Below, one piece after another: positions 63,586 to 64,000 of a DNA stretch of 64,000 bases. Position 1 is the stretch's first letter. Each line of letters begins with the position of its first letter. The stretch lies in contig OX597822.1 of the NCBI GenBank assembly GCA_951406725.2, positions 5,084,001 through 5,148,000 of the forward strand. Reading direction: 5' to 3'. The notes below the pieces were generated by a model. The model did not search any database and was not told where the DNA came from. It saw nothing but the letters and a program-made list of their open reading frames with translations. This stretch comes from Octopus vulgaris. Lineage: Eukaryota. The translations under genes were made by a program, and so were the position numbers.

Positions 63586-64000
63586 TCATATATATGGCAA
63601 ATTCTGTACATGTCCACATCAAGCAAATTAGCCAGAATTCCTCACAACCTGAGTTCAAATCCCACCAGGGAGTTGATAAAGAAACAAAAAAGAAAAATCT
63701 ACAAATCCAGGGTGGTGAAGTGGTGGAACTGTAAGAATGCTAAACTAGATGCCATGTGGTATCTGTTGTGGTTCTTTGTGTTCAAAGTTCAAATCACACC
63801 AAGGCCTACTAAGGTGATATACTGAATCTGTCACTCTTTATCAACACTATCACCTGGCACATTAGGTGCTGCCCACCCTGTAGCAAGTTTTTGGGCTGGG
63901 CCTCTAGTTTGACGATATCTTCCTATTTCCCACCAATCTTGGTGGCACAGTAATGGGTCAGAGATACTGCGATCTTCCCTGGCTTACAGTATATGTGTGT

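Overview
AT-rich, microsatellite-dense eukaryotic non-coding DNA, intronic or intergenic. The tRNA-derived SINE repertoire suggests an octopus or other coleoid cephalopod (inference). No intact host gene, rRNA, true tRNA or CRISPR array is supported. Almost all listed ORFs are microsatellite or transposon read-through. Recognisable content: (1) a full-length dead mariner (14471-15715) and a deleted DD37D/maT-like Tc1-mariner; (2) two Neptune-type Penelope-like (PLE) remnants with RT and/or GIY-YIG coding decay, plus a 3' fragment; (3) RTE, CR1/Jockey-like and R4/Dong-like LINE fragments; (4) several modular SINE families, three copies with clear target-site duplications; (5) piggyBac-like and Tigger-like MITEs and a Helentron-type element. 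The most interesting signal is a set of unrelated, non-coding elements inserted at (TA)n that carry hammerhead-ribozyme motifs. One is a 300-bp unit with a 56-bp terminal redundancy, resembling a retrozyme or circular-RNA copy (1331-1686). One is a fold-back element with 165-bp arms around a near-complete type I hammerhead (18550-18625). PLE 3' ends share a variant CUGUUGA core, and other palindromic elements carry hammerhead halves. All folds were done by eye and catalytic activity is untested. Repeat boundaries are approximate unless a TSD or TIR is quoted.
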